Positions 6,823-19,484 of a DNA stretch of 33,469 nucleotides are shown in pieces. The first letter of the stretch is position 1. The number at the start of each line of letters is the position of its first letter. A program made the position numbers and the translations under genes. The notes under the pieces were generated by a model. It was not told the DNA's origin, did not search any database, and saw nothing but the letters and a program-made list of their open reading frames with translations. The stretch covers positions 1 through 33,469 of the forward strand of contig JANNMV010000341.1 of the NCBI GenBank assembly GCA_031398205.1, read 5' to 3'. This DNA is from Pseudomonadota bacterium. GTDB taxonomy: Bacteria > Pseudomonadota > Gammaproteobacteria > Burkholderiales > JALYOK01.

Positions 6823-8559
6823 ATGAGCTACTCGCCCCATAACCCAGCCCTCAGTCTAAAGCTCGAAGGCTGGCGTTCGCGTTTGTTGTTGGTGTTGATT
6901 TGCCTGATCTTCGTCGCTCTCACGGCTCGCGCGGCGTACCTGCAGGGCGTGCGCCACGATTTTTTGCAGCAAAAAGGCGAGGCTCGCTATAGCCGTGTGA
7001 TCGAACTGCCGGCCAATCGTGGCATCGTCTACGATCGTCATGGCGAAGCCTTGGCAATCAGCACGCCGATGGAATCGGTTTGGGCCAGTCCACCCGACGC
7101 TAATTTGAGCGCAACGCAATTAACTAAACTGGCAAAAATTCTTCGCCTGGAAAAAAGCGAAATCCAGAGCCGCCTTAACGACAAGGCGCGTGGCTTTGTT
7201 TATTTAAAGCGCCAAGTTTCGCCGGAACTGGCGGCCACGGTGACGGCGCTTGATATTCCCGGCGTGTTTTTGCGCCGTGAGTACCGGCGTTACTACCCCG
7301 CCGGCGAAGTGATGGCGCATGTCTTGGGCTTCACCGGAATCGACGACAAGGGCCAAGAGGGACTGGAACTGGCATTCCAAAACTCCCTGGCCGGCTTGCC
7401 GGGCGCCAAGCGCGTGATTAAAGATCGCGCCGGCCATGCGGTGGAGGACGTCGAAAGCATCAAGCTGCCGCAGGACGGCAAACCGCTCACGCTTTCGATC
7501 GATAGCAAGATTCAATACCTGGCTTACCGCGAGCTGCGTGATGCGGTGAACATCCATCGCGCCAAAGCGGGCTCGATCGTGGTTCTGGATGTTCAAAGCG
7601 GCGAAGTCGTTGCGCTTGCCAGCCTACCTGACTACAACCCGAATAATCGGCTGAGCGTGACGCCGGCGCTGATTCGCAATCGGCCGGTCATCGATATGTT
7701 TGAACCTGGTTCAACGCTCAAGCCATTCACTATTGCTGCCGCCCTGGAGGTTGGGAAAATCACGCCGAACACGGTGATTTCGACAGCGCCCGGTTTTCTG
7801 AAGATCGGTAATCGCACTATTCACGATGCTCATCCGCAAGGCGAACTCACTGTGGCGCAAGTAATCCAAAAGTCTAGCAATGTTGGATCGGCGAAGATCG
7901 CGTTGTCGCTGCCGGCGCAAGCGATGTGGACGATGTTCAATCAGGTCGGATTCGGTACCTTGCCCAATTCCGGTTTACCCGGTGAAGCAAGCGGAAAAGT
8001 GCGGCCATTCAAGACCTGGCGGCCGATCGAGCAGGCGACTATGTCCTACGGACACGGTATTTCCGTAAGTCTGTTGCAGTTGGCGCGCGCTTATGTCGCG
8101 TTTGCCAGTGGCGGCGAGATTCGCCCCGTCACCTTGTTGAAATCCGATGCTGTTGTCGAGGGTGAACGCGTTATCTCTGAACGCACGGCAGGAGCGGTGA
8201 CGGCGATGCTGGAAATGGCCGTGCAGACGGGCGGTACCGCGCCGAAAGCGCAAGTGCCGGGTTATCGCGTCGCCGGAAAAACCGGCACCGCACATAAGCA
8301 AATCGGTTCTCGCTATGCGGAGGATCGATACGTATCGTCGTTTGTCGGTTTCGCGCCGGTGTCCGCACCACGCTTTGTGATCGCGGTGATGATCGATGAG
8401 CCGTCGGCTGGTCAATACTACGGCGGCGCGGTTGCCGCCCCGGTCTTTTCAAAGGTGATGGGTTACGCGCTACGTAGCTTGGCCGTGCCGCCCGATGCGC
8501 CGCTGAAGGAGTGGTCCGATCCCGTATTTAGCGCGCCTGAAATTAAGGAAGAAGCCTAG
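6823..8559 (+). CDS. ftsI: Peptidoglycan D,D-transpeptidase FtsI (PBP3)
   Basis: N-terminal membrane anchor plus the transpeptidase triad STLK (SxxK), SSN (SxN) and KTGTA (KTG). Confidence 0.92.
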   Translation: MSYSPHNPALSLKLEGWRSRLLLVLICLIFVALTARAAYLQGVRHDFLQQKGEARYSRVIELPANRGIVYDRHGEALAISTPMESVWASPPDANLSATQLTKLAKILRLEKSEIQSRLNDKARGFVYLKRQVSPELAATVTALDIPGVFLRREYRRYYPAGEVMAHVLGFTGIDDKGQEGLELAFQNSLAGLPGAKRVIKDRAGHAVEDVESIKLPQDGKPLTLSIDSKIQYLAYRELRDAVNIHRAKAGSIVVLDVQSGEVVALASLPDYNPNNRLSVTPALIRNRPVIDMFEPGSTLKPFTIAAALEVGKITPNTVISTAPGFLKIGNRTIHDAHPQGELTVAQVIQKSSNVGSAKIALSLPAQAMWTMFNQVGFGTLPNSGLPGEASGKVRPFKTWRPIEQATMSYGHGISVSLLQLARAYVAFASGGEIRPVTLLKSDAVVEGERVISERTAGAVTAMLEMAVQTGGTAPKAQVPGYRVAGKTGTAHKQIGSRYAEDRYVSSFVGFAPVSAPRFVIAVMIDEPSAGQYYGGAVAAPVFSKVMGYALRSLAVPPDAPLKEWSDPVFSAPEIKEEA

Positions 8560-8561
8560 CC

Positions 8562-10016
8562 GTGTCCATTCTGCAGCAACTCGAACATCTCGGTACACGC
8601 ATTACTCGCCTCACCGCCGATAGCCGGAAAGTCTCGCCAGGCGTGGCTTTCGCGGCATACCCCGGCGAACGGCAAGATGGGCGTGCCTTTATACCGCACG
8701 CGATTGAGCGCGGCGGCGATGCGGTGTTGTGGGAGCGCAAGAATTTTCGTTGGCATCCGGATTGGGCAATCGCCAACGTCGGTGTGGATCAACTGCGCGA
8801 TCACGTTGGCGAAATCGCCAGCGCCGTGTACGGTCATCCGTCGGAACGGCTATGGATACTTGGCGTAACCGGGACGAATGGGAAAACCTCCGTTAGCCAT
8901 TGGTTAGCACAATGCTTATCGGCATGCGGCAAGCAAACGGCTGTCATGGGCACGCTAGGCAACGGCTTTCTCGATGCGCTCGTACCTGCGGTGAACACCA
9001 CGCCGGACGCCATTGAGTTGCAAGAAGGCTTGGCTACTTACCGCGACCAAGGCGCGCACGGTGTAGCAATGGAAGTGTCATCCCACGGATTGGCCCAGGG
9101 CCGCGTGAATGGTGTGCGGTTTGACGTGGCGCTGTTCACCAATCTCTCGCGCGACCATCTCGACTTCCACGGCGACATGCAAAGCTACGCAGCGGCAAAA
9201 GCAAAGTTGTTCGATCTGTCGGGGCTTAGTTACGCCGTGGTGAATCTTGATGATCCTTTTGGCAGGACGCTGGTAGAGCGGCTCGAAGCGAACAAAGTAC
9301 CGGCTATCGGTTATACGATCGGCGCCGATCGCGCCCCCATTTCAACCACATTACAGGCACACAATCTGCAATTTTCCGATGAGGGACTGGCGTTTGAAGT
9401 TAGCAGCACCTGGGGCAGCGGCGTTGTCAAGGCGCCGGTATTCGGTCGCTTCAATGCCTACAACGTCCTCGCCGTTTTGGGCGGGTTGATTGCCAGCGAC
9501 GTCGAGTTCGACGTGGCGTCAGAGCAAATGGCTCACCTCAAACCGGTGCCGGGACGCATGCAACGTTTGGGCGGCGGACAACAGCCCTTGATCTTAGTTG
9601 ACTATGCCCATACGCCGGATGCCCTGGAGAAAACACTGATCGCGGCGCGGGAATTGGTCGCCGCCGGAAAGCTCGTTTGCGTCTTTGGCTGCGGCGGCAA
9701 TCGCGATAAGGGCAAGCGTCCGGTGATGGGTGAAATCGCCGAGCGGCTGGCCGACCAAGTGATTCTCACCAGCGACAATCCGCGCGACGAAGAGCCGCAA
9801 GTTATTTTGGACGAAATTCGCGCCGGCATGGTGCGCGATTGCCAAATCGTTCCCGACCGCAACGCCGCCATTGCCCAAGCGGTCGCCCAAGCCCGAGCAG
9901 GTGACGTCATTCTGATCGCCGGCAAGGGGCATGAAAATTACCAAGAATGTCGCGGTATCCGTACCCCATTCAGCGATCTGGATGTCGGGGCGCGGGTGTT
10001 GGGAGACATCACATGA
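8562..10016 (+). CDS. murE: UDP-N-acetylmuramoyl-L-alanyl-D-glutamate--2,6-diaminopimelate ligase
   Basis: GTG start preceded by AAGGAAGAAG. Mur ligase P-loop GVTGTNGKTS and the DNPR motif (TSDNPRDEEP) typical of meso-DAP-adding MurE. Confidence 0.92.
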   Translation: MSILQQLEHLGTRITRLTADSRKVSPGVAFAAYPGERQDGRAFIPHAIERGGDAVLWERKNFRWHPDWAIANVGVDQLRDHVGEIASAVYGHPSERLWILGVTGTNGKTSVSHWLAQCLSACGKQTAVMGTLGNGFLDALVPAVNTTPDAIELQEGLATYRDQGAHGVAMEVSSHGLAQGRVNGVRFDVALFTNLSRDHLDFHGDMQSYAAAKAKLFDLSGLSYAVVNLDDPFGRTLVERLEANKVPAIGYTIGADRAPISTTLQAHNLQFSDEGLAFEVSSTWGSGVVKAPVFGRFNAYNVLAVLGGLIASDVEFDVASEQMAHLKPVPGRMQRLGGGQQPLILVDYAHTPDALEKTLIAARELVAAGKLVCVFGCGGNRDKGKRPVMGEIAERLADQVILTSDNPRDEEPQVILDEIRAGMVRDCQIVPDRNAAIAQAVAQARAGDVILIAGKGHENYQECRGIRTPFSDLDVGARVLGDIT

Positions 10017-11398
10017 TGACTTTGCTGGAAGCGGCACAAGCGATCGGGGCGTTGGCCTCGGGGTCGAATGTGCCATTCGTTGGCGTGAGTACCGACAGCC
10101 GGAGTGTTGCCCAGGGCGATCTTTTCATCGCCCTAAAAGGTGAGCGCTTCGATGGGCATGAATATATTCGCACGGCGTCGAGTTTCGGCGCCGTCGCGGC
10201 GATGGTCGACCAGAGTTGGCCGGTTCAGGATGTTGGATTGCCGTTACTGCGTGTCGACGATACTCGTCTGGCACTCGGCCGACTCGCGCAAGCCTGGCGC
10301 GGGTTGAACAACACGCCGCTGGTCGCCATCACCGGAAGCAATGGCAAGACCACGCTGAAAGAAATGGTCGCCGCGATCCTGCGTGCAGAGATGTGGGGCG
10401 ACGACCCAGGCGAAGGGCAGGATGCGCTGTTGGCCACGGAAGGTAACCTCAACAATGACATCGGTGTGCCGCTGACCTTACTCAAACTGCGAGCGCGACA
10501 TCGCTACGCGGTGATCGAGATGGGTATGAATCATCCCGGTGAGATCGAATATCTATCGCGCATGGCCGGTCCGGATATCGCGGTGATCAACAACGCGCAA
10601 CGGGCGCATCTAGGTTTGCTCGGAACTCTCGAGGCAGTCGCCCATGCCAAAGGGGAAATCTTTGCTGGCCTGCGCAGCAATGGCATCGCCATTATTAATG
10701 CGGATGATCCGCACGCGTATGTTTGGCGCGAATTGACCGGTAGCCGCAAACGCATTGAATTCGCTCTGTCACAGCCAGCAACGATATCAGCCCGTTACAG
10801 TTTGACCGCGTTCGGCAGTCACATCGATTTTCTGACGCCACAAGGGGAAATTTCAACTCAGTTGCAGGTTCCTGGCGCCCATAACGTGCGCAACGCGCTT
10901 GCCGCTTGCACCGTTGCTGTTGCGTTGGGCGTAAAACCGGTCAGCATCAGCGCCGGCTTACGCGCATTTGCCGGTGTGAAAGGGCGCATGCAACGTAAGA
11001 GCGGAACGCACGGCGCGATCTTGATCGATGATACCTACAACGCCAATCCGGATTCGGCCATGGCCGCACTCGATGTCCTGGCGCAATTCCAGGGAATGAA
11101 AATATTTGTCCTTGGCGATATGGGGGAGGTCGGTCCCGACGGCAACGAGATGCATGCGGCGATCGGACAATATGCCAAGGATCTGGGCATCGACCGTTTG
11201 TTTAGCTTGGGTGAAATGTCCCACCAAGCAGCGGCGAAATTCGGCAACGGCTCGGCGCTGTATGTTCGAGCCGAAGATTTGATCGCAAACTTGCGCCCTT
11301 TGCTCAAAGCGGACGTCACTGTCCTCATCAAGGGCTCGCGCTTCATGCACATGGAGCGCGTCGTGGATGCGCTCGCCGCGGAACCGGCGCACAACTAA
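10013..11398 (+). CDS. murF: UDP-N-acetylmuramoyl-tripeptide--D-alanyl-D-alanine ligase
   Basis: The ATG at 10013 overlaps the murE stop (ATGA). P-loop ITGSNGKTT and motif DDTYNANP. The 22-aa upstream extension in the ORF track lies inside murE. Confidence 0.9.
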   Translation: MMTLLEAAQAIGALASGSNVPFVGVSTDSRSVAQGDLFIALKGERFDGHEYIRTASSFGAVAAMVDQSWPVQDVGLPLLRVDDTRLALGRLAQAWRGLNNTPLVAITGSNGKTTLKEMVAAILRAEMWGDDPGEGQDALLATEGNLNNDIGVPLTLLKLRARHRYAVIEMGMNHPGEIEYLSRMAGPDIAVINNAQRAHLGLLGTLEAVAHAKGEIFAGLRSNGIAIINADDPHAYVWRELTGSRKRIEFALSQPATISARYSLTAFGSHIDFLTPQGEISTQLQVPGAHNVRNALAACTVAVALGVKPVSISAGLRAFAGVKGRMQRKSGTHGAILIDDTYNANPDSAMAALDVLAQFQGMKIFVLGDMGEVGPDGNEMHAAIGQYAKDLGIDRLFSLGEMSHQAAAKFGNGSALYVRAEDLIANLRPLLKADVTVLIKGSRFMHMERVVDALAAEPAHN

Positions 11399-11400
11399 CC

Positions 11401-12504
11401 ATGCTCCACGCACTCGCACAATATCTTGCTCAAGACGTTCGCGCGTTTAACGTCTTCGGCTACATTACATTGCGTGCGGTGTTGGCGAGCATGACGGCCT
11501 TGGCCATTTCGTTTTTCGTCGGGCCGACGATGATCCGAAAACTTACTGACTATAAGATCGGACAATCGGTACGCGACGACGGTCCGCAAACGCACTTGAT
11601 CAAAGCCGGTACGCCCACCATGGGCGGCGCGCTTATTCTGGTCGCCATCGCCATCACCACCTTGCTGTGGGCCGATTTGCGCAATCACTATGTCTGGATT
11701 GTGCTGCTGACTACGCTCGGCTTTGGCGTGGTCGGCTGGATCGACGACTATCGAAAAATCGTTCATCGAAATCCAAAGGGGTTGTCGGCAAAATCAAAGT
11801 TTCTCGGCCAGTCCATTGTTGCCTTTGTCGCCGGCGCCTATCTTGCCTTTAGCGCCGAGCTACCGGCGCAGACTGAGTTGATCGTCCCATTTTTTAAAAC
11901 CGTGGCTATTCCGCTTGGTGCAATCGGGTTCATTCTTCTGACTTATTTCGTGGTCGTCGGCACCAGCAATGCGGTGAATTTGACCGACGGCCTGGATGGT
12001 CTGGCCATCATGCCCACCGTGATGATCGGTAGCGCACTCGCCATATTTGCGTATGTGGCGGGGAACGCTGTTTTCGCGCGCTATCTCGGTTTACCGCATA
12101 TTCCCGGCGCCGGGGAATTGTCCGTGTTTTGCGCGGCGATCGCTGGCGCCGGATTGGGTTTTCTATGGTTCAACGCCTATCCGGCGGAAGTGTTCATGGG
12201 CGATGTCGGCGCGTTGGCATTGGGTGCGGCGCTAGGCGTGACCGCCGTGATCGTGCGCCAAGAAATCGTACTTTTCATCATGGGTGGCGTATTCGTGGTC
12301 GAGACCCTGTCCGTGATGATCCAGGTGACGTACTTTCGTTATACCAAGCGCAAATATGGCGCCGGCAGGCGAATTTTTTTGATGGCGCCGTTGCATCATC
12401 ACTTTGAACAAAAGGGCTGGAAAGAGAATCAAGTCGTCGTGCGGTTTTGGATCATCACCATGATGCTGGTGCTTTTTGGCCTGTCCACTTTGAAGCTGCG
12501 CTGA
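11401..12504 (+). CDS. mraY: Phospho-N-acetylmuramoyl-pentapeptide transferase
   Basis: Polytopic membrane protein with motifs [30 protein letters not shown] and APLHHHFE. Confidence 0.95.
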   Translation: MLHALAQYLAQDVRAFNVFGYITLRAVLASMTALAISFFVGPTMIRKLTDYKIGQSVRDDGPQTHLIKAGTPTMGGALILVAIAITTLLWADLRNHYVWIVLLTTLGFGVVGWIDDYRKIVHRNPKGLSAKSKFLGQSIVAFVAGAYLAFSAELPAQTELIVPFFKTVAIPLGAIGFILLTYFVVVGTSNAVNLTDGLDGLAIMPTVMIGSALAIFAYVAGNAVFARYLGLPHIPGAGELSVFCAAIAGAGLGFLWFNAYPAEVFMGDVGALALGAALGVTAVIVRQEIVLFIMGGVFVVETLSVMIQVTYFRYTKRKYGAGRRIFLMAPLHHHFEQKGWKENQVVVRFWIITMMLVLFGLSTLKLR

Positions 12505-12508
12505 GGAT

Positions 12509-13921
12509 ATGACACACGCGATAGCGGATAAACGTTGGCTAGTGCTTGGGCTCGGTGAAACCGGCTTGTCGCTTACGCGCTGGTTGTGTCGCCACGGCGC
12601 TAAAGTGCGCGTGGCCGACACCCGCGACGATCCACCCCACGCAACTAAGCTGACGCGGGATTTCCCGGCCGTCGATCTGGTAACGGGAGACTATGCCGCG
12701 GCCACGTTTGCCGATGTCGATGCTATTGCCATCAGTCCTGGCGTGCCCTTGCGCGAACCAGCTGTTAGGGCGGCTGTTTCAAGAGGCATACCCGTTGTTG
12801 GCGACGTGGAACTATTTGGTCAAGCACTCGCAGCCAATCCTAATCGGCCAAAAGTCATTGGCATCACCGGTTCGAATGGTAAATCGACGGTGACGACCAT
12901 GGTGGGCGACATGTGTAAATCCGCCGGACTCAACACCGTCATCGCCGGCAACATCGGTTTGCCGGTGTTAGACGCGCTGTTCGCGGCGGAGAAAGCCGAG
13001 TCGTCATCCGCGCCCGGCTGCTACGTACTCGAATTGTCCAGTTTTCAACTGGAAACAACGTCGAGCCTTGCCTTCGACGCGGCGAGCGTTTTAAACGTTA
13101 CCGAGGATCATCTTGATCGCTACGACGGGATGGCGGACTACGCAGCGGCCAAGGCGCGCGTATTTAATCACTGTCGCCATCAAGTGCTAAACCGTGACGA
13201 TCGTTTTAGTATCGCGATGCGAAACAGTTCGGGTGGCGTATCTTACTTCGGCCAATCGGCGCCGCTCGGCGCGGATCACTTCGGGCTGCTTTCGACGCAA
13301 AGTGAATACTGGTTGGCGCACGATCAGACACCACTTCTGGCTGTCGCGGATCTTCCCCTTGCGGGTGGCCACAATGCCGCGAATGCGCTCGCAGCCTTGG
13401 CCTTGGCGCGGGCGATTGATCTTCCCTATGCTCCGCTACTTGAAGCGTTGAAACGCTTTCGTGGCTTGCCCCATCGGGTAGAAAAGGTCATGGACATTGG
13501 CGCGGTCGGTTTTTACGACGACTCGAAAGGCACGAATGTCGGCGCTACCGTCGCGGCGCTGAATGGCATGAAGGAAAAGGTGGTGCTCATCGCGGGTGGT
13601 GATGGCAAGGGGCAAGATTTCTCGCCTTTGAATGACGCTGTGGCAAAACATGCGCGCGCCGTTGTGCTGATAGGCCGTGACGCGGAATTGATCGCCTCCG
13701 CTATCGCGGCCAGCGGGGTTGCGATACTACGCGCTAAGAGTATGCACGAGGCGGTGAAACTATCGTTGCAGGTGAGCGAGCCGGGTGATCGCGTGTTGCT
13801 GTCGCCCGCTTGCGCCAGTTTTGATATGTTCAACAACTATGCCCATCGGGCGCAAGTGTTCGTCGATGCGGTGCGTTCGCTGGCCGCCGCGCAGCGATCC
13901 GTCAGCAATGGGACGGTCTGA
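12509..13921 (+). CDS. murD: UDP-N-acetylmuramoylalanine--D-glutamate ligase
   Basis: N-terminal Rossmann motif LGLGETGLS and P-loop ITGSNGKST, in the conserved dcw position. Confidence 0.92.
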   Translation: MTHAIADKRWLVLGLGETGLSLTRWLCRHGAKVRVADTRDDPPHATKLTRDFPAVDLVTGDYAAATFADVDAIAISPGVPLREPAVRAAVSRGIPVVGDVELFGQALAANPNRPKVIGITGSNGKSTVTTMVGDMCKSAGLNTVIAGNIGLPVLDALFAAEKAESSSAPGCYVLELSSFQLETTSSLAFDAASVLNVTEDHLDRYDGMADYAAAKARVFNHCRHQVLNRDDRFSIAMRNSSGGVSYFGQSAPLGADHFGLLSTQSEYWLAHDQTPLLAVADLPLAGGHNAANALAALALARAIDLPYAPLLEALKRFRGLPHRVEKVMDIGAVGFYDDSKGTNVGATVAALNGMKEKVVLIAGGDGKGQDFSPLNDAVAKHARAVVLIGRDAELIASAIAASGVAILRAKSMHEAVKLSLQVSEPGDRVLLSPACASFDMFNNYAHRAQVFVDAVRSLAAAQRSVSNGTV

Positions 13922-13922
13922 C

Positions 13923-15077
13923 ATGTTTTACACCGCGACTCGCCCACAACGTCCGGAATACGACCCCTCGCTGGTCTGGGCCATCGCGTTGTTGTTGGCG
14001 TTGGGATTGGTGATGGTGTACTCGGCGTCAATCGTTGGCGCTGAAGGTAGCCGCCACACGGGCTTTCGGAGCACCTATTTTTTGTTTCGCCATGGCGTGT
14101 ATGTGGCGATCGGTATCGCTGCGGCGATTGCCGCGTTCCAATTGCCTTTGCGTATGTGGCAGCAAGTCGCGCCGTATGCGTTCCTCGGCGGCGTCGTGCT
14201 GTTGTTACTGGTATTAGTTCCCGGAATAGGTCGCGATGTGAACGGCAGCCGCCGCTGGATCGGCCTGGGCATTCTGAATTTGCAACCGTCCGAGCTGGTG
14301 AAATTTTTCGCTGTGCTGTACGCCGCCGACTATACCGTGCGCAAGGCGGCGTTCATGGATAGTTTCAAGAAAGGCTTCTTGCCGATGCTCGGCGTGATGC
14401 TGTTAACCGGCGGCTTATTACTACGCGAACCGGACTTCGGCGCCTTCGTGGTGATTGTGACGATCGCCATGGGAATATTGTTTTTAGGCGGCATGAACTG
14501 GCGTTTATTTGCCGGGCTGATCGTTATGTCCAGCATTGGCTTTGTGCTCTTAGTGTTGATGTCCCCCTACCGCATGCAGCGTGTACTTGGTTTTATGGAT
14601 CCTTGGGCTGATCCCTTCGGCAAAGGCTATCAATTGAGTCATGCGCTGATCGCCTTCGGCCGCGGTGAATGGTTGGGCGTCGGCTTGGGCGCGAGCGTGG
14701 AAAAATTGATGTATTTGCCCGAAGCCCATACCGATTTCCTGTTAGCCGTAATCGGCGAAGAACTGGGTTTTGTCGGCGTTTGCCTGGTGTTGGCACTGTT
14801 CGTTTTCCTCATCTATCGGGCCTTTAGGATTGGCCAGCAATCGGCTTCTCTTGAACGCTATTTTTCCGCGTTGGTTGCCCAGGGCATCGGTTTGTGGCTC
14901 GCGGTGCAGGCGGCGACCAATATTGGCGTCAACATGGGCGTGTTGCCGACCAAAGGATTGACCTTGCCACTACTGAGTTTCGGCGGCAGCGGCATCGTCA
15001 CCAACTGCATCGCGCTGGGTGTTCTACTGCGGATCGATTGGGAAAACCGTCAGTTGATGAAAGGCATTACGCTTTGA
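13923..15077 (+). CDS. ftsW: SEDS-family peptidoglycan glycosyltransferase / cell division protein FtsW
   Basis: The ATG at 13923 is 2 nt after the murD stop. Multi-TM protein with motifs [25 protein letters not shown] and [15 protein letters not shown]. Confidence 0.9.
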   Translation: MFYTATRPQRPEYDPSLVWAIALLLALGLVMVYSASIVGAEGSRHTGFRSTYFLFRHGVYVAIGIAAAIAAFQLPLRMWQQVAPYAFLGGVVLLLLVLVPGIGRDVNGSRRWIGLGILNLQPSELVKFFAVLYAADYTVRKAAFMDSFKKGFLPMLGVMLLTGGLLLREPDFGAFVVIVTIAMGILFLGGMNWRLFAGLIVMSSIGFVLLVLMSPYRMQRVLGFMDPWADPFGKGYQLSHALIAFGRGEWLGVGLGASVEKLMYLPEAHTDFLLAVIGEELGFVGVCLVLALFVFLIYRAFRIGQQSASLERYFSALVAQGIGLWLAVQAATNIGVNMGVLPTKGLTLPLLSFGGSGIVTNCIALGVLLRIDWENRQLMKGITL

Positions 15078-16186
15078 CGCCCACCATTCTGATCATGGCA
15101 GGCGGCACCGGCGGGCATATCTTTCCGGCGCTGGCGGTTGCCGACCGGCTCAAACTAGACGGCTGGCGCATCGTCTGGATGGGAACGCGCAACGGCATGG
15201 AAGCCGATGTCGTGCCTAGGCGCGGTTACCCAATGGAGTTCATCGCGTTTTCTGGCGTTCGCGGTAAGGGTTTGCTGCGCATGCTGACGTTGCCATTCAC
15301 GTTGCTGCGTGCCTTTTGGCAAGCGGCGCGCATCATTCGTAAACTCAAGCCCGATGTGGTGCTCGGCGTAGGCGGTTATGTCACCTTCCCCGGCGGCATG
15401 ATGGCGTCCTTGCTCAATCGGCCGTTGATCATCCACGAGCAAAACTCAGTCGCGGGCCTAAGCAATCGTGCGCTTGCCGTCGTTGCCGATCGCATACTCA
15501 CCGGTTTCCCGTGCGCGTTCGAGGTGAGGATCACCAGCCCGATCGCAAAATGGTTGAAGCCCAATGCGAAGGTGGAGTGGACCGGCAATCCGGTTCGCGC
15601 GGAGATTGTTAGTTTGCTCGAACCGGCACAGCGTTTCAAACAACGCAGCGATCGCTTAAGCGTGTTGGTGGTGGGTGGCAGCTTGGGCGCCCAAGTGTTG
15701 AACGAGGTCGTTCCCAAGGCTTTGGGTTTGTTGGATGTGGCGCGGCGCCCCTGGGTGATCCATCAAGCCGGAATGAAACATATCGAGGCACTAAAAGCGG
15801 CTTACGCAGCGGCCAGCGTGGAAGCGGATATTCGGCCCTTTATCGACAATATGGCCGCCGCCTACAGCGATTGTGATTTGCTGATCTGCCGTGCCGGTGC
15901 GCTCACCGTTGCGGAAATTTGTGCGGCGGGTATCGCCAGCGTGCTGGTGCCGTTTCGCCATGCGGTCGATGATCACCAAACGGGAAACGCGCGTTTTCTC
16001 AGTGACGTCGGCGCGGCGGTGCTTATTCCGCAATTGGAACTGACGCCACAGCGCTTGGCCGATCTGATTAAGCGTTTCACACGTGAACAATTGCAACAGA
16101 TGGCGACCAAAGCGCGAGCGTTGGCAAAGCCCGATGCCACCGAACATGTGGCCAAGGTTTGCATGGAATTGGCGCATGCAGCATAG
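15074..16186 (+). CDS. murG: UDP-N-acetylglucosamine--N-acetylmuramyl-(pentapeptide) pyrophosphoryl-undecaprenol N-acetylglucosamine transferase
   Basis: [17 protein letters not shown]-loop near the N-terminus. The likeliest start is the TTG at 15074, overlapping the ftsW stop (TTGA); the alternative is the ATG at 15095. Confidence 0.9.
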   Translation: MTPTILIMAGGTGGHIFPALAVADRLKLDGWRIVWMGTRNGMEADVVPRRGYPMEFIAFSGVRGKGLLRMLTLPFTLLRAFWQAARIIRKLKPDVVLGVGGYVTFPGGMMASLLNRPLIIHEQNSVAGLSNRALAVVADRILTGFPCAFEVRITSPIAKWLKPNAKVEWTGNPVRAEIVSLLEPAQRFKQRSDRLSVLVVGGSLGAQVLNEVVPKALGLLDVARRPWVIHQAGMKHIEALKAAYAAASVEADIRPFIDNMAAAYSDCDLLICRAGALTVAEICAAGIASVLVPFRHAVDDHQTGNARFLSDVGAAVLIPQLELTPQRLADLIKRFTREQLQQMATKARALAKPDATEHVAKVCMELAHAA

Positions 16187-17606
16187 AGTTAAAAAAGTTC
16201 ATTTTGTCGGCATTGGTGGCGCTGGAATGAGTGGCATCGCCGAGGTGATGCTGACCCAGGGTTTTCATGTGAGCGGTTCCGATTTGGGCAGCAATGCGGC
16301 CACGCGTCGGCTCGAATCGCTTGGCGCGCGCGTTATTCAGGGCCATGGCGCGGAAAATATTCAGGATGCGGATGTGGTGGTTGTCTCCACCGCCGTTAAG
16401 CCCGATAACGCGGAAGTTGTCGCGGCGCGGCAGCGGTATATTCCCATTGTGCCGCGCGCCATGATGTTGGCTGAACTCATGCGTTTAAAGCAGGGCATTG
16501 CCGTCGCCGGTACCCACGGCAAAACCACCACCACGAGCCTGATCGCGAGCATCCTCGCGGAAGCGAAGATGGATCCGACGTTCGTGATCGGCGGGCGCTT
16601 GGAGGCGGCAGGCGCCAACGCGCGTCTGGGCAGTGGCGAGTTCATTGTTGTCGAAGCCGACGAATCCGACGCATCGTTTTTGTACCTGCAACCGGTGTTG
16701 GCCGTGATCACCAATATCGATGCCGACCACATGGAAACCTACGGTCACGACTTCGAAAAACTAAAATCTGCGTTCGTCGATTTTGTCGGCCACCTGCCGT
16801 TTTACGGACTTGCGGTGTTATGTTCCGATGACGCCCATGTGAATGCCATTATCCCGCGCATCAGCAAACCGGTGATGACTTACGGCACGTCAGAGCAAGC
16901 GCGCGTGCGCGCGACCGATATTCGCGCCGATCAAGGGCGCATGCATTTCAATGTCGCGATTAGTGATCCGCGCCTCAACGCCAATTCGAACTTCTTTTCC
17001 GTCACGCTGAACTTGCCCGGTAATCACAACGTGCTGAACGCGTTAGCCGCCATTGCGGTTGCGTTGGAGGTGGGTGTCGAAGGCGACGCGATCGTCAAAG
17101 CCTTGGCGGATTTCAAAGGTGTGGGGCGGCGCTTTCAACATTACGGCGAAATCCCGTTATCGGCCGGCGGCTCGTTTTTGTTGGTCGATGACTATGGCCA
17201 CCATCCGGTTGAAATGGCCGCGACCATTGCCGCCGTGCGTGGCGCCTACCCGGAGAAGCGCTTGGTGCTTGCCTTCCAGCCACATCGCTATTCGCGCACG
17301 CGCGATGTGTTTGAAGATTTCGTGAAAGTATTATCGACTACGGATGTATTGCTACTGACCGAAGTTTACGCGGCGGGCGAAGCGCCGATCGTTGCCGCCG
17401 ATGGCCGTGCGCTGGCCCGCGCGGTGCGTTTGGCGGGCCGGGTTGAACCGCAGTTTGTCGATCAAGTACAAGAATTGCCGCAAATCATTATGACGATGGC
17501 GCAAGCCGGCGACATTGTACTGACCATGGGGGCCGGTTCTATTAGCCAGGTTCCCGGGCAACTCGCCCAATCTCGACCGGGCCCGTCGAAGGCAGCGCTG
17601 CGATGA
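16176..17606 (+). CDS. murC: UDP-N-acetylmuramate--L-alanine ligase
   Basis: The ATG at 16176 gives [25 protein letters not shown]-loop [11 protein letters not shown]. It overlaps the murG end by 11 nt. Confidence 0.92.
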   Translation: MQHRVKKVHFVGIGGAGMSGIAEVMLTQGFHVSGSDLGSNAATRRLESLGARVIQGHGAENIQDADVVVVSTAVKPDNAEVVAARQRYIPIVPRAMMLAELMRLKQGIAVAGTHGKTTTTSLIASILAEAKMDPTFVIGGRLEAAGANARLGSGEFIVVEADESDASFLYLQPVLAVITNIDADHMETYGHDFEKLKSAFVDFVGHLPFYGLAVLCSDDAHVNAIIPRISKPVMTYGTSEQARVRATDIRADQGRMHFNVAISDPRLNANSNFFSVTLNLPGNHNVLNALAAIAVALEVGVEGDAIVKALADFKGVGRRFQHYGEIPLSAGGSFLLVDDYGHHPVEMAATIAAVRGAYPEKRLVLAFQPHRYSRTRDVFEDFVKVLSTTDVLLLTEVYAAGEAPIVAADGRALARAVRLAGRVEPQFVDQVQELPQIIMTMAQAGDIVLTMGAGSISQVPGQLAQSRPGPSKAALR

Positions 17607-18568
17607 ATCAAGTCAAGCATAAGGCGTTTGATTTTTCCGTGCGCGGCGAGGTGCGTTACCAGGAGTCGATGCGCCGCCACACCAGTTGGCATGCGGGCGG
17701 CTACGCGCAACGTGCCTATGTGCCGTTTGATTTACCGGATCTATCGCGTTTTCTGCGCGGTTATTCATCGAGTGAGCCCGTCACCATGATCGGAATGGGC
17801 AGTAATTTACTGGTTCGCGATGGCGGCTTGCGCGGCACGGCGGTGTTGTTGCATCGCGCATTGAATGAAACACGACTATCCACGACCGCCAGCGGCGGCG
17901 GCGTTATCTACGCCGAGGCGGGCGTGGCTGCGCCCAAGATCGCGAAATTTGCCGGAAGAAACCAGTTGGATGGTGCGGAATTTTTTGCCGGTATTCCCGG
18001 CACTATTGGCGGTGCGATCGCGACGAACGCCGGATGTTATGGCGCCGAAACTTGGGATTTCATCGTGTCGGTCACGACGGTGGATCGCATGGGGCGGCTG
18101 CGTGAGCGAAGACCCGAAGACTATGAGATCAGCTACCGCAGCGCAAAGCTGAAATCCAATAACGCCTCGACCGCAACGGGGACGGCCGCGAAGGCGGCTT
18201 CAGAAGAATGGTTTGCCGCCGCTCATTTTGCATTTCCACCCGGTGAAACGTTAGCCTCGGAACGAAAAGTCAAAGAACTTCTTGATCGACGGCTGGCGAC
18301 GCAACCGTTCGGCCAACCCAATGCCGGATCGGTTTTTCGCAATCCGATCGGCCATCATGCGGCGCGCTTGATCGAAGCCTGTGGCCTGAAGGGACTCACT
18401 ATTGGCGGCGCGCAGGTTTCAACCAAACACGCAAATTTCATTGTGAATCTTGGCACGGCAACGGCCGCCAATATCGAGAATTTGATCGATAAGGTTCAGT
18501 TGGTCGTGAAACATCAGCAAGGCATCGAGATGGAACGTGAAATCCAGATTATTGGTGAGAGGGCCTAG
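17603..18568 (+). CDS. murB: UDP-N-acetylenolpyruvoylglucosamine reductase
   Basis: ATGA overlap with murC. FAD-binding N-terminal region ([12 protein letters not shown]) and C-terminal motif GSVFRNP...[15 protein letters not shown]. Confidence 0.9.
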   Translation: MNQVKHKAFDFSVRGEVRYQESMRRHTSWHAGGYAQRAYVPFDLPDLSRFLRGYSSSEPVTMIGMGSNLLVRDGGLRGTAVLLHRALNETRLSTTASGGGVIYAEAGVAAPKIAKFAGRNQLDGAEFFAGIPGTIGGAIATNAGCYGAETWDFIVSVTTVDRMGRLRERRPEDYEISYRSAKLKSNNASTATGTAAKAASEEWFAAAHFAFPPGETLASERKVKELLDRRLATQPFGQPNAGSVFRNPIGHHAARLIEACGLKGLTIGGAQVSTKHANFIVNLGTATAANIENLIDKVQLVVKHQQGIEMEREIQIIGERA

Positions 18569-18572
18569 ACAA

Positions 18573-19484
18573 ATGCGCCAATTCGGAAAAGTCGCGGTGT
18601 TGTTAGGCGGTAAGTCGGCGGAACGCGAAGTTTCGCTAATGAGCGGCGCGGCCGTACTTGAGGCCTTGTGTAGCCGTGGCATCGACGCCCATGGTTTCGA
18701 TCCGGCGCAGCGCCCACTGGAAGATTTGCTGCGCGAAGGATTCGCGCGTGCGTTCATTGCGCTACACGGCCGCTACGGTGAGGACGGCACGGTCCAAGGC
18801 GCATTGGAACTGCTCAATATCCCCTATACCGGCAGCGGTGTGATGGCCTCGGCCCTGGCGATGGACAAGTGGCGCACCAAGCTCGTTTGGCAAGCGGTAG
18901 GCATACCGACGCCGCGCTTCGAGATGCTCACCACCGCGAGCGATTTCGCTGCGGTGGTTGCAAAACTTGGTTTGCCGATCATTGTGAAACCGTCACGGGA
19001 AGGATCGACGATTGGCCTCACCAAAGTCATCCAGGGGGATCAGCTCGAAGCGGCTTTCCACCTCGCCGTCAAACACGATGCGATGGTGCTGGCGGAACAG
19101 TTCATGTCGGGCTCGGAACTGACGGCATCGATTTTAGGTGATACGGCCTTGCCACTTATTCGTATCGCGGCTGCCAATGGTTTGTACGATTATCACGCGA
19201 AATATTTCGCCGACGACACGCAGTATTTTTGCCCGAGCGGTTTGCCCCAGGCGCAGGAGCAGGTGTTGCAAACCCTCGCCTTGCGCGCGTTTCAAATCGT
19301 CGGTTGTAGCGGCTGGGGTCGCGTCGACATCATGTTGGATCAGAACGGCGCGCCGCATTTGCTTGAAGTCAATACGTCACCGGGTATGACCAGCCACAGT
19401 TTGGTGCCGATGGCGGCGAAAGTCCACGGCTTAGCGTTTCCCGATTTAGTCCTTCGCATATTGGAATCTGCCCATGTCGGATAG
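18573..19484 (+). CDS. ddl: D-alanine--D-alanine ligase
   Basis: From the ATG at 18573: [28 protein letters not shown]-grasp motifs [12 protein letters not shown] and [10 protein letters not shown]. Confidence 0.92.
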   Translation: MRQFGKVAVLLGGKSAEREVSLMSGAAVLEALCSRGIDAHGFDPAQRPLEDLLREGFARAFIALHGRYGEDGTVQGALELLNIPYTGSGVMASALAMDKWRTKLVWQAVGIPTPRFEMLTTASDFAAVVAKLGLPIIVKPSREGSTIGLTKVIQGDQLEAAFHLAVKHDAMVLAEQFMSGSELTASILGDTALPLIRIAAANGLYDYHAKYFADDTQYFCPSGLPQAQEQVLQTLALRAFQIVGCSGWGRVDIMLDQNGAPHLLEVNTSPGMTSHSLVPMAAKVHGLAFPDLVLRILESAHVG